From Patescibacteria group bacterium (GTDB lineage: Bacteria; Patescibacteriota; Patescibacteriia; UBA2591; CALHIP01), in assembly GCA_026417895.1 (NCBI GenBank), contig JAOACJ010000014.1, forward strand, positions 63 through 64,062: a stretch of DNA of 64,000 nucleotides. Reading direction: 5' to 3'. Below the pieces are notes generated by a model that was not told the origin of the DNA, did not search any database, and saw nothing but the letters and a program-made list of their open reading frames with translations. Below are positions 47,901 through 58,000 of this stretch, piece by piece. The position numbers were made by a program, and so were the translations under genes. Each line of letters opens with the position of its first letter. Within the stretch, counting starts at the first letter, position 1.

Positions 47901-50309
47901 ACTTATGATGGTGGCATTGATTCAGGATTAATTTATACTACCACAGGTACCTTTGGCAACCCTATAAATAACGAAGATACTCTTTTCCGTCTTAAAGAAT
48001 TTGCTGGCTTTCCAACTACTGGCAATTATATTTCTGCCCAAACATCTACCGGTAGCACAGCTACTACTTATTCTCATCTTGATTGGAAACAAGAAATTCC
48101 GAGCGGTGAAGTTTGTCCCACCGATCCAGTTCGTTTTCAAATTGGCACCGCTAACTTAGTCAGTGGTAGTTGTCCAGCCAGTCCGAATGCCTATTCCTAT
48201 TATGGCCCAAATGGTATCGGTGGTCCAATGTGGTGGTATGAAGAAAACGGTGTTCGTTGGAAAAAACGGCGTTCGATTACTATCAATAATCCCAGTGGTC
48301 AGGAATTAAAAAATTATCAAATTCTGTTGACTATAAATACCGCCGAATTAATCTCGGCTGGCGAATTACAAAGTGATTGCGATGATCTTCGATTTACCAG
48401 TTTATCTGGTGCCAGTCTAAATTATTGGCTCGAATCTGGTTGTAATACCTCTCAAACAAAAATCTGGGTGAAAATTCCTTATCTTCCTGCTACTCCCACC
48501 TCTAACACTACTAAAATTTATCTTTATTACGGCAACGCCAATGCCTCCTCTGCCAGCAACGGCGATGCGACGTTTATTTTCTTTGATGATTTCAACGGCA
48601 CGAGTTTGGATACGAGCAAATGGACAGAGCAAAAAGGTGGGACAACGAGTTTAAGTGTTAATAATGGTCAGATTACTTTTCATCATCCAGCCGTCCAGGG
48701 TAATTATATTTGGATCTATTCTAATAATAAATTTTCTTACCCAGTTTGGCAGGAGGTGAGATGGATTTCTTTTGACATCAGCGATGCCACGCCTCGATTT
48801 GGACAATCAACGACTACCAATTTAAGGACGAATGGTAATTATTATAATAATTATTCTGCTGATGTGGGTTTCAACTCGGCATATAGAATTGTCGGCGACA
48901 ATTCAAATAGTGGTTGGACTGTTTCTTCTACTTCAGTGAGTGGCCAGCGGCCTGAGATTTGGAGTTTTGCCTGGCCAGCCACTGGTTCGCAAATTTTTAG
49001 AAAAAATTACTCTTTACTATTGACCGGCAGTGATAATATAAACACTATCGCCGATTATTATCTTTATTTAGGCATAGCAGAGCGGACGGCAAATCAGACA
49101 GCTGTTGCTGATTGGGTACGTGTCCGTAAGTACGTCTCAGTAGAGCCAACACAGGGAGGATGGGGTGAAGTAGAAACATATAGTCCAGAAGATTATTACG
49201 CCGGCGACCTAAATACCTACTGCCAAAATGTGACCGGTGGTCAATTCTGTTCCCGCGAAATTTGTCCGGATCGACTGGCTGGCTTTCAATATCGCAAAAA
49301 AATTAACTTAACCGGTGCTCAAGGCGCTGGTAATGGCTATCAAGTGAAATTAAAAATTGGCAAAACTTCAGCTGCCATCGGTGAAGATTTTGACCTCAAT
49401 GGTAATGTTCAAGATTCTTTCAATGATATTAGGTTTACTGATGACGATGGTGTGACTTTATTGAATTACTGGATAGAATCAGTGGCTGATAGTGGCGGAA
49501 CGAAATTAGCGACAGTTTGGGTAAAAGTGAATGATAATTTAGATAATAATCAGTCGATTTATATCTATTATGGCAATGCCAATACCTCTTCAGCCAGCAA
49601 TGGTGAAGGTACTTTCGTTCATTTTCAAGATTGGAATAATTCAAATGGCTGGACTTTAAGCAAATCTTCAGTTTCTAATAGTGAACTTTTTCTTGACCCC
49701 GATGGTTTTCAGCCAGCAGCTTCAGCAAGGCGAACCGAGTTGTTGGGGGCAGGCTATGCTTTGCGAAGTCGACTTGACTGGGCTGATGAAGGCGGGCCAT
49801 GGAAAGAACAAGGGTTTGGTTGGGGTGATTTTGATCACTCATACGAATACGGCAATCATCAGGTTCGAAATGGTATTTGGGTAAGATGTTTCTATGGGTC
49901 ACCTTATCCAACTCAGTTTATTACTAAAAAAGACGGCATTGAAACATACACTCAGGTGACTTCTTTTCGGACAGGAGGATACAACACAGTCGAACTTCGT
50001 TGGCCATCTAATACACGAGCAGAGTTTTCTTTAAATGATGATGCGCCGGTTGTTCATACTACTAATATTCCTACTGGTAGTTATTATCAACATCATTGGT
50101 ATCAGTATTTCGGTACCGCTATTCAAAAAGTAGATTGGACTTTAATTCGTAAATATGTTTATCCGGAGCCAGCTATTCAATCAATCGATGCCCAGGAAAT
50201 AGTCTATCCTCATCAGAACCAGCCCTGCCTACGCTACCGATTTTTACTTCTCAACTGTCAAAACAACTCACCAAAAGTTAAGGAAGTCAAAGTCAATTAT
50301 ACACCATAA
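44991..50309 (+). CDS. giant secreted protein (1772 aa) with two DUF2341-like plus LamG/ConA-like modules
   Basis: Signal peptide. Repeated module 'DCDDLRFTS..LNYWLES...KIWVKIPYLP...KIYLYYGNANASSASNG..TFIFFDDFNG' and 'DIRFTDD..LNYWIES...TVWVKVNDNL...IYIYYGNANTSSASNG..TFVHFQDWN'. Confidence 0.55.
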   Translation: MRKKIFKILLPGLVTLTLIFSFFEFNLHSFFLQAQEAMKIEVPIEMVDYGLASSREATLFNRTKIFLDPNDYQADSTNYFFEIVAINTDEREGRVVLVDSKKQPVAEITVPPQTNQPARFRTKEPFSLSQDEYLIILEGTSAENQLQVYAARIIIQQTNPQVTRIQIPLTSGPDDSYSFKETAIDQVESGNYIQPQPQFYHLWSYRSLDWVSLAESNPFTLEAVLAGDISAALFDQNNQIVSGSEISVSSQTPLLMQKDFTDLVDATYQLKIRGREGLIYRAALYLRLTNPIALEIYYRYQRMRQSQTAEIRSYQRVLYDASQFPEHQIYHEATGQGQNLMAVIYDHSQNESGTTNGNNIESSAINFNSSEKILMRTSPFSLTSGNRFIYSVLGESGDLILTSASIVIKIGQPKIDQTHYRWRNDNGGELGGNFEVVTLLPNGNGDEITWTPYPNTPNHYTLVADESDNSYVYKTIQTDLAIFRFGLKESNGSVSSFSVTLTGDYAEYSYQWSVKPSNGQPWTPSAINDLQIGVAYNILEEIPIPGKGEIPEEKEELEESFHIADLSLPTGVVIDYVKVFVRAKRVCRVGPEWPPTYNCTAFTAKMWAEVKYYPGATYKADEDTPVTNQVKNKNVRLRFSLKNTGSAPAVNYQYRLQVAPKGTASSCLEVPPENYTDVPTAGNCGSAVACMADSSYLDDGQATTWQLSGPGEDWTWADGKIVERPSNQTSQFTLETKSFTEFEYNFQFTNNAIGGATYCFRLSNAGEGLDNYNQIAAITLLQTLPSFRLRVSTPLNYKQPYNHSEPAKNFNDSASNVLYWNGSSWLVQNQQPIYLIGFSDGSFEGNPYDEENQTDNQINSSSIKIGQQFTVPAGAATQKVIQTSFYLKKTGNPPDLLLTLEKVGGSSVTKTISANTVSNQYAWVEAPAFDEAFNLEANATYRLYLSCAGCSANNYYQVKRLKTMSGINSLTYDGGIDSGLIYTTTGTFGNPINNEDTLFRLKEFAGFPTTGNYISAQTSTGSTATTYSHLDWKQEIPSGEVCPTDPVRFQIGTANLVSGSCPASPNAYSYYGPNGIGGPMWWYEENGVRWKKRRSITINNPSGQELKNYQILLTINTAELISAGELQSDCDDLRFTSLSGASLNYWLESGCNTSQTKIWVKIPYLPATPTSNTTKIYLYYGNANASSASNGDATFIFFDDFNGTSLDTSKWTEQKGGTTSLSVNNGQITFHHPAVQGNYIWIYSNNKFSYPVWQEVRWISFDISDATPRFGQSTTTNLRTNGNYYNNYSADVGFNSAYRIVGDNSNSGWTVSSTSVSGQRPEIWSFAWPATGSQIFRKNYSLLLTGSDNINTIADYYLYLGIAERTANQTAVADWVRVRKYVSVEPTQGGWGEVETYSPEDYYAGDLNTYCQNVTGGQFCSREICPDRLAGFQYRKKINLTGAQGAGNGYQVKLKIGKTSAAIGEDFDLNGNVQDSFNDIRFTDDDGVTLLNYWIESVADSGGTKLATVWVKVNDNLDNNQSIYIYYGNANTSSASNGEGTFVHFQDWNNSNGWTLSKSSVSNSELFLDPDGFQPAASARRTELLGAGYALRSRLDWADEGGPWKEQGFGWGDFDHSYEYGNHQVRNGIWVRCFYGSPYPTQFITKKDGIETYTQVTSFRTGGYNTVELRWPSNTRAEFSLNDDAPVVHTTNIPTGSYYQHHWYQYFGTAIQKVDWTLIRKYVYPEPAIQSIDAQEIVYPHQNQPCLRYRFLLLNCQNNSPKVKEVKVNYTP

Positions 50310-50372
50310 AATAAAATTTTTAATTTCTAATTTTGAATTTTGAATAAATTTTTAATGGTCTAATTTTGAAAG

Positions 50373-50678
50373 ATGAAGAAATATGATTTAGAAGAGAGAA
50401 CGGCAAATTTCGGTGAAAAGGTAATTAAATTCTGTAAAAATTTAAAACAAGATGCTATTTCTAAACCGATTATCAGTCAATTAATTCGCTCAAGCACGAG
50501 TATCGGTGCCAATTATATGGAAGCTAACGCTGCCAGTTCAAAGAGAGATTTCAAAAATAAAATTTTTATCTGTAAAAAAGAAACTCAAGAAACAAAACAC
50601 TGGTTACGGATGTTGGCTCAATATTTCTCAGAGAGAAGCAGTGAAATCAAAAACTTTGGCAAGAGGCACAAGAGTTGA
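50373..50678 (+). CDS. four-helix-bundle protein (23S rRNA intervening-sequence protein family)
   Basis: 'SQLIRSSTSIGANYMEA...KRDFKNKIFICKKETQETKHWL' matches the family pattern. Confidence 0.65.
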   Translation: MKKYDLEERTANFGEKVIKFCKNLKQDAISKPIISQLIRSSTSIGANYMEANAASSKRDFKNKIFICKKETQETKHWLRMLAQYFSERSSEIKNFGKRHKS

Positions 50679-50718
50679 CTTTAATTTTCGGCAAAATTAT
50701 TGGCTCACTCAATAAAAA

Positions 50719-51459
50719 ATGATTTTTAAAATTCAAAAATTCAAAATTGATTCAAAATTAAAAATTCAGAATTCAGAATTGACAAATAAAGGTTTTACTC
50801 TCATTGAAATTCTCTTATACTTGGCCATTGTTTCGGTAGTGCTGGTTGTCGGCACTATTTTTATTTGGCAGGTCATTGAGGGTGGCGAGCGGGCGAATCA
50901 ATTAGAAGAACTGCGCGAAGCCAGCCGTTTTGTTTTAGAAAAAATCAGTCAAGAGGTAAAAAAAGCTAGAAATGTTTTAGATCCACCGAGTTGTCAGAAA
51001 TTTACCAATCAAACAGATTGTCAAAGTTATTGGGCTTGTCTCTGGCAGAATAACAAATGTTTTGTTACTTGCACTAGATACAACAATCAGCCTGATTGCG
51101 AAAATCATAATTGTATCTGGAGTAACGGTGTCTGCAGTGGCAGTGAGCCAAAAAATCTCTGCCCAGTCGATCCGGAAAACAATAAAGAAACTTGTTTAAC
51201 GATTGCCAAACCTGATGGAACTATGGTTAAATTTTATCGCCAAACTTATACAAATGTGAAAAGGATTGTTCAAAAAACAGGAAACAACGAGCCAGTAGGT
51301 TTGACCTCTGGCTTAGTTGACATTACTTCGTTGAAAATTGCTAATCTTTCACCCGACAAAGGATCAGGCATCATTAGAATCGAAATGACCTTAAAACACA
51401 AAAATAATCCACGTCTAACCTTTACTGCCCAATCTTCTATTTCTTTACGCGATAATTAA
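50719..51459 (+). CDS. prepilin-type protein with Cys-rich globular domain
   Basis: 'TNKG|FTLIEILLYLAIVSVV', then 10 Cys ('CQKFTNQTDCQSYWACLW..CFVTC..'). Confidence 0.6.
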   Translation: MIFKIQKFKIDSKLKIQNSELTNKGFTLIEILLYLAIVSVVLVVGTIFIWQVIEGGERANQLEELREASRFVLEKISQEVKKARNVLDPPSCQKFTNQTDCQSYWACLWQNNKCFVTCTRYNNQPDCENHNCIWSNGVCSGSEPKNLCPVDPENNKETCLTIAKPDGTMVKFYRQTYTNVKRIVQKTGNNEPVGLTSGLVDITSLKIANLSPDKGSGIIRIEMTLKHKNNPRLTFTAQSSISLRDN

Positions 51460-51540
51460 ATCATAGCAATTTTTAATTTTATCAACGCTTGACTGATTCT
51501 TTTTAAAATTATAAAATTAAAAATTAGAAATTTTTCTTCT

Positions 51541-52554
51541 ATGAATAAAAATATTTTTTCTGAAGCGGTCAAGATTATTCTTTTTCTTTTATCATTGCTT
51601 TTTCTTTATTTTATTCGTGATATTATTTTGATTTTTATTGTTTCTTTGATTATTGCTGCCATTTTTAATCCCTTAGTTGATTGGTTGGAGAAGAAAAAAA
51701 TTTCACGCGGGGCAGCAACCATCCTTATTTATTTTATTTTTCTTTTTCTTCTGGTCGGCCTTTTAATTTTAATTGTCCCGAGTTTAACGAAAGATTTAGA
51801 ATTTTTAGGAACAAAAATTTCTTCCTATTATTCAATCTTGAGGTCGTTGTTTGGTCGGGCTCAAGAAATTTTACCTAAAGACTTGTCTTTATTCTCGAGC
51901 TGGCAGACAGGTCTTTCTTCTTTAACGCGTGGTGTTTTTTCTTTACTTGGTGATGTGGCCAATGCGATTTTGGCTATTTTTTTGATACTTATTATCTCTT
52001 TTTATCTTGTCGTAGAAAAAGAGGCCATTGCCAAATTCTTTCTTTCTTTTATTCCGGAAAAACGTCATCAATTTGTTTCTCGTCTCATTTCTCTTTCGCA
52101 AAAGAATTTAAGTAATTGGGGTTGGGGAATGTTGATTTTAATGCTTTTTATCGGTGTCTTGACTTATCTTGGCCTTTTGATCCTTGAGGTTCGTTATGCT
52201 TTATTTTTCGCCATCATCGCTGGTTTGACCGAAGTTATTCCCCGAATCGGCCCTTTTCTTGGCGCTGTACCAGCCGTTGTTTTAACCTTTTTTCAAGCAC
52301 CGATTAAAGCCATTTTTGTCGCTCTCCTTTATTTTCTCATTCAACAAATTGAAGGTTCAATTGTCGTCCCTCAGGTGATGAAAAAAGCTGTTGGGTTAAA
52401 TCCGATTGTTGTCATTCTTGTTCTTCTAATTGGTGCTAAAATTGGTGGTATTTTAGGCGCGATAATTGCTGTACCGGTGACGGCTGTCATTGATATTGTC
52501 ATCAGAGAATATCGGGAATTAAAAAAACAGGAAAGTAACCTAGTTCATTATTAA
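51541..52554 (+). CDS. AI-2E family transporter (PerM/UPF0118)
   Basis: Eight TM helices, 'LTEVIPRIGPFLGAVPAVV'. Confidence 0.8.
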   Translation: MNKNIFSEAVKIILFLLSLLFLYFIRDIILIFIVSLIIAAIFNPLVDWLEKKKISRGAATILIYFIFLFLLVGLLILIVPSLTKDLEFLGTKISSYYSILRSLFGRAQEILPKDLSLFSSWQTGLSSLTRGVFSLLGDVANAILAIFLILIISFYLVVEKEAIAKFFLSFIPEKRHQFVSRLISLSQKNLSNWGWGMLILMLFIGVLTYLGLLILEVRYALFFAIIAGLTEVIPRIGPFLGAVPAVVLTFFQAPIKAIFVALLYFLIQQIEGSIVVPQVMKKAVGLNPIVVILVLLIGAKIGGILGAIIAVPVTAVIDIVIREYRELKKQESNLVHY

Positions 52555-52565
52555 AAGAAGAAAGG

Positions 52566-52958
52566 TTGGTTATGACTAAAAAGAAGAAATCCTTTTTTCA
52601 AATCCTCTTTACTTCTTCTTTTTTGTCTTTGGTCCTATTAATCATTCTAGGCGTAACCCTTACTTTTTCCTTTAAGACCTTTCGTCAGGAAAGAGAGGTG
52701 AGGGGACAAATTTTGGCTTTAGAAAATGAAATTGAAAAGGTTGAAGGCGAAAAATCAAAACTTCTCGAAACATTAGAATATCTCAAATCTGATTTTTATA
52801 AAGAAAAAGAAGCGCGGGAGAAATTTGGTATGCAGCAACCTGGCGAAAAGGTGATCGTCATTTTGCCACCCATTGAAAATCAAGAGAAAAATATGGTCAA
52901 AGAAGAGGAAAATTTACCCATTTTTAAAAAATGGTGGTATTATTTATTTAAAAAATAA
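52566..52958 (+). CDS. septum formation initiator (FtsB/DivIC-like)
   Basis: TM, coiled coil, 'KEKEAREKFGMQQPGEKVIVI'. Confidence 0.5.
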   Translation: MVMTKKKKSFFQILFTSSFLSLVLLIILGVTLTFSFKTFRQEREVRGQILALENEIEKVEGEKSKLLETLEYLKSDFYKEKEAREKFGMQQPGEKVIVILPPIENQEKNMVKEEENLPIFKKWWYYLFKK

Positions 52959-52962
52959 AAAT

Positions 52963-53535
52963 ATGAAATTTTATCCAGAAGAAAATGAAGAAGCAGCAAA
53001 AATCATTGAAAGAAGAAAACAGGAAATACTAAAATTAATTAATTGGTTCTCTCAGCAGATTAAAGATAAAGAATGGAGAATTTTTTTTCAAGAACGTCTT
53101 AAGTTTCAAAGAGATCAATCTCCTTCACTTTTTTTAGCAATCAGCGCCTCAGATTCAGAACAAACCGTTAAATTTGCCTTTGCTAAGACAGAGCAAGAGG
53201 CGAGAGAATTGCTTATTCATCGATTATCTTCAACAGAAAAGAATTTTCCTATTTTTACAGGTAAAGTGATTGAACCACCGCCAAGTTTTTTACCACCATT
53301 TCCTCTTGAATTTCCTTTTCGTATCGTTTCTTTACCGGTCAACCTAGAAGATGCTAGATCAGCACCAGCGGATCCAGTGGAAAGAGAAGAATATATTAAG
53401 GCCATTGAACGAGTCGCTCGTTATTTTCGTGGAAACTATTTTTCTGAGATACCAAACAGTCCGGAAAGAACTCATAATTTGCTAATTCTTGACTCAAACC
53501 TTCATCCTCTTAAAGTGAGTTACGAAAAATTTTAG
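52963..53535 (+). CDS. hypothetical protein
   Basis: ORF. Start chosen at ATG 52963 to avoid overlap with the previous gene. Confidence 0.35.
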   Translation: MKFYPEENEEAAKIIERRKQEILKLINWFSQQIKDKEWRIFFQERLKFQRDQSPSLFLAISASDSEQTVKFAFAKTEQEARELLIHRLSSTEKNFPIFTGKVIEPPPSFLPPFPLEFPFRIVSLPVNLEDARSAPADPVEREEYIKAIERVARYFRGNYFSEIPNSPERTHNLLILDSNLHPLKVSYEKF

Positions 53536-53540
53536 TTTTT

Positions 53541-54199
53541 ATGATTACCGGTCTCCTAGCCATTGGGCTTGGCTATTTGCTTGGCTCAATTTCGCCATCA
53601 TATTTCTTGACTAAATGGCTTAAAGGGGTTGATATTCGCAAACTTGGCGATGGTAATGCTGGCGCAAGAAATGTTTATCACAGTGTCGGACTGGTGCCAG
53701 CCATAATCACCGGATTAATTGATCTTTCAAAAGGGGTGGGAGTTATTTTGATTTCTTCTTTGTTCGCGCCTTTAATTTTCTCTTATCTGGCTGGCTTAGC
53801 AGCAGTCGTTGGTCATATTTTTCCTTTTTATTTAAAATTTCGTGGTGGTCAGGGTGGAGCGACTTTAAGTGGAATTCTACTTTTTTTATTTTTCAACTTC
53901 GTTTTCAAGGCCAAATCTCTTGGTCTTTATTTTTTATTCTCTTAGTGGCGGGTCTAATTTTTATTTATATCACTAAATTAGGTCCCTTTGCCGGACTAGT
54001 CTGTCTGCCATTTCTTATTTTTGGCATTTTAATGGAAACCTCTCTTAATTTAACTACCGGTTTTGTGATATTTTTATTAGCGATAAGCCTCTTTCAACTC
54101 ATTCGTTATTTTTTCTCTCAAGGAAAGATCAGACAATGGATTTTTAAAAAGGAATTAACGATTGAAGAAAAGACAGAGCTCCTTCGTTGGCGAACCTTA
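53541..54199 (+). pseudogene. plsY: glycerol-3-phosphate acyltransferase PlsY, interrupted by a frameshift near 53940
   Basis: Frame 1 runs 'LGSISPSYFLTKWLKGVDIRKLGDGNAGARNV...GGQGGATLSG', then stops. The C-terminal part ('VAGLIFIYITKLGPFAGLV...LIRYFFSQGKIRQW') continues in another frame after a T-run. Confidence 0.55.
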
Positions 54200-54748
54200 A
54201 TGAGACCTTTGGGCGTCTTCATTATTATTTTTTATTTTTTATTTGGTAAGACGATCATTCTCTTTTTAATTGGTTTGGTCAGTGTAATTTTTATCCTCGT
54301 TGACGTTTCTCGTCTTAGTTTTCAAAAATTTAATATCTTTCTCTTGAAAAATTTATTTATTAAACAAAAAGAAATAAAAATATTTTCCTCAATGAGTCTT
54401 TTTACGAGCGCCTCCTTTATTTTCCTCCTGATTTTTGAAAAAAGAATTGCTTTCTTGGCTATTCTTTATCTTGTTTTCGGTGATCTTTTTGCTAAAGTGA
54501 TTGGTACTTTCTTCGGTCGACAAAAATTTTTTACTAAAACTCTAGAAGGAACACTGGCTTATTTCACCTCTTGTCTACTTTTTGGCTTCTTTTTCAGTTA
54601 TTTTTTTGAAATTTCATCTTTGACAATGATAGTTGGTGCTTTCACTGCTGCTTTTTCCGAAGCTCTGCCTTTGGGTATTGATGATAATTTCAGCGTTGAC
54701 CTTCTCTCTGCTACCACCATGTATTTAGTTAATCTGATCTTCGTATAA
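54200..54748 (+). CDS. CdsA/dolichol-kinase-family (CTP-transferase) membrane protein
   Basis: 'GDLFAKVIGTFFGRQKFFTKTLEGTLAYF' is the signature of the CTP_transf_1 family. The start is uncertain, and the ORF is continuous with the plsY C-terminal frame. Confidence 0.5.
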   Translation: MRPLGVFIIIFYFLFGKTIILFLIGLVSVIFILVDVSRLSFQKFNIFLLKNLFIKQKEIKIFSSMSLFTSASFIFLLIFEKRIAFLAILYLVFGDLFAKVIGTFFGRQKFFTKTLEGTLAYFTSCLLFGFFFSYFFEISSLTMIVGAFTAAFSEALPLGIDDNFSVDLLSATTMYLVNLIFV

Positions 54749-55020
54749 ACCGTCTTATTTTTTAATGCGGTCGTTGGTAAATTTAAGACGGAGAATGGCT
54801 AAAGATTGATAAAAATGAGGTGAAAAAATGAAAAAATAAGTGAATTGACCATTTCTAAAATTCATTTATAATAGAAAAAATTCAATTTTGATTTGTAATA
54901 AAATAAAAGCAAGAGACGGAAACTTAACATTCTCATGTTTTTAAGAATGCTAGAATATTGAGAAAGTATAAAAATAAAATTGGAAATTAAATAATTTAAT
55001 CAAATTTTAAGTAAAATCAT

Positions 55021-58000
55021 ATGATCAAAGAAGCAATGAAGAAAATTTTATCCTGGTTTTTATCAGGAGTTCTGATTTTTTCAGGATTCTTTGTTGTTTT
55101 GGAAAAACCAGTCAGAGCGGAATGGGCGAATTATGTGGTTATTAGTGAGTTTGCGACCCGCGGTTCAACTAGTGCCTATGATGAGTTTGTTGAATTATAT
55201 AATCCGACTGAAAATATTGTTGATATCAGTGGTTGGAAATTACAATATTGGGGCGGCAGTACCTGGACCACCAAATTAACAATTCCGTCTGGAACAAAAA
55301 TTTTACCCCACCGGTATTATTTAATGTCTTCTTCGTCTCAATATTTTACTACCACAGTTTCTGATCTAACCCATAATTCATATTTGGCTCTGGCTGATGG
55401 CACAGCAGGAGATCCGCGAGGGATCAGAATAATTACTGCTGATAATATGGTAATAGATACAATAATATACGAAGCGGACGGCGGAACTGATAATTCCCTT
55501 GCGGAGGGTGGGAAGACAGCTCCTGCCCCTAATTATCGTGCCAACACTTATAACAGAAGCGTAGAAAGAAAGCCTGGTGGAGAAAGTGGCAACGGACAAG
55601 ATACAAATATCAATGGTCATGATTTTTTTGTAAGAGATCAAAGGGACCCAACGAACTCTCAAGCCTTACCTCGACCACCAATTGAGCAACCACCGTCGTC
55701 GCAACCGCAATGCGGAAACGGTACCTGTGAAACAGGAGAAAGTTCAGAAAACTGTCCCCAAGATTGTCAGTTAAATCAACCAGTTTGCGGTAATAATCTT
55801 AAAGAAGAAAAGGAAGAATGTGACAAGACTGATTTGGCCGGCCAAACTTGTATGACGCTCGGCTTTGTGAGTGGCACTTTAAGCTGTAATAATAATTGTA
55901 CTTTTAATACCTCTCAATGTACTTCTGGCGGTAGCTATCCACCGCCGATAGTTGAACAAGTCAAGCCAGGCGATATTGCTATTAATGAATTTGTTTCTGA
56001 TCCGGTTGATGGTGAAGAGGAGTGGATTGAGCTCTATAATAACACTGACAAAGAAATTGATTTAACAAATTGGCAAATTGAAGAAGGATCGGGGGTACGA
56101 ACAACTTTGTCCGGCACAATTAGTTCAAAGAGTTTTTTTGTTGTTGAAAAAATTAAAGGTTATTTAAACAACTCAGGTGACATTATTATTTTAAGAGGGG
56201 CCAATGGTCGAATTATTGATCAAGTTGTTTATGGCAGTTGGGATGATGGCAATAGAGAAGATAATGCGCCAGCAACCAAAGACCCAAATTCGGTAGCGCG
56301 AGTGGTCGATGGTCAAGATACGGATCGTGACTATTTAGATTTCAAAATTTCCACTTTACCAACAAAAAATGCACCTAATAAATTTGAAGAAGAGAAAGAA
56401 TATCCTTTTGGTGTAATTTTTAACGAACTTTTACCAAATCCTAAGGGCGATGATTCGGAAAATGAATTTATTGAATTAAAAAATCTCAATGATTTTGAAG
56501 TTAATTTAGAAAATTGGCGATTAGAAGACGCCAGTGGGACAAAATTTGTTATTTCTTCACAAAAATTATCTTCGACGAAAATTCCAGGACGTGGCTTTTT
56601 TATCCTTTGGCGTCGGGATTCAAAAATCGCTTTAAATAATTCTGGCAGTGAAAGAGTAAAACTCTATCAACCAAATGATAATTTAGTTGATGAAATCAGC
56701 TACAGCGGGACAGTTGCTGAAGACATTGCCTATGCCAAAGAGGAAACAAAAAATTGGTTTTTGACTACACAACCAACACCAGGACAAGAGAATATTATTA
56801 AGAAGGTTAATCAGAAACCAAAGGCGGTAATCTCGGCACCGAATAAAGCCTTGGTCAACGAAGAAATAATTTTTGATGCTTCTGATTCTTACGATCCAGA
56901 TGGTGATGGTTTAACTTATCTTTGGGATTTTGGTGACCAGACAAGGAGTAACGAGGTGGTGGCTAAACATTTTTATAAAAAAACAGGCAAATTTAATGTC
57001 AAACTTGAAGTTAAGGACAGTCTTGGCGAAAGCGAGGTGGTGAAATTAAGTCTTGAAATTTTACCTAACGAAAAAAAATTTTCTTATAGTCCACTTGAGG
57101 CAGAAATTTTTATCAGCGAATTTTTACCTAATCCAAAAGGGAGAGACGAGGCAGAATGGATAGAAATTTTTAATAATGGCGACAGAGAAGTCGATTTGTC
57201 GGGTTGGTTTTTAGATGACATGGATGGGGGAAGTAAACCGTATCAAATAAAAGAAGGGATAAAAATTTTGCCAGGTGAACATTTACTTTTTGAACGCAAA
57301 GAGACAAAAATTGCTTTAAATAATAATTTTGATTCTGTCAGAATTTTAGATCCAGAAGGAAATTTATTTTTTGAAGTCACCTACGAAAAACCAAAAGAAG
57401 GGTTTTCTTATGCTTTAGATGAAAATAGTGAATGGCGGTGGACATCGCTTTTAACCCCTGGTCAGAAAAATTTATTTAGTAGTGAAGAAGAGATAAAAAC
57501 AAAAAAGTCTTCAGCTAAAATAGCTGGCGAAGGGGAAAAATTTTTAGAAACTCCTTTATCAGAAGTAAGAAATCAAGAGATTGGTGATTTAGTTAAAACC
57601 CAAGGTATTGTTTCGGTTGAACCTGGTATTTTAGGAAAACAAATTTTTTATCTGGCTGGCTCAGGAATCCAAATTTATTCTTATCAGAAAGATTTTCCTT
57701 CTCTTAAACTCGGTGATCAAATTGAAGTAAGAGGTGAATTGGCCGAATATAAAAACGAAACGAGAATTAAAATTGCTTCCAAAGATGACATTAAAATTTT
57801 GGAAAGTAAAACTCCGCCCGAGCCAAAAAAAGTTAAAACTGGCGAGGTTGACGAAAGTTTAGAAGGAAATCTGGTGCTTATTGAAGGACAGTTAATCGAA
57901 TCGAGAACGAATTATTTTTATTTAGATGATGGCTCCGGCGAAGTTAAAGTTTATCTCAAAGCAACAGCCGGTCTTAAAAAACCAAAAATGAAAGAAGGTA

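Noticed and set aside
54765-54815. Hairpin 'ccgtctta...taagacgg' after the CdsA-family gene as a terminator
   Set aside because: The 8-bp stem encloses a 26-nt loop and has no U-tract, so it is not a convincing intrinsic terminator.
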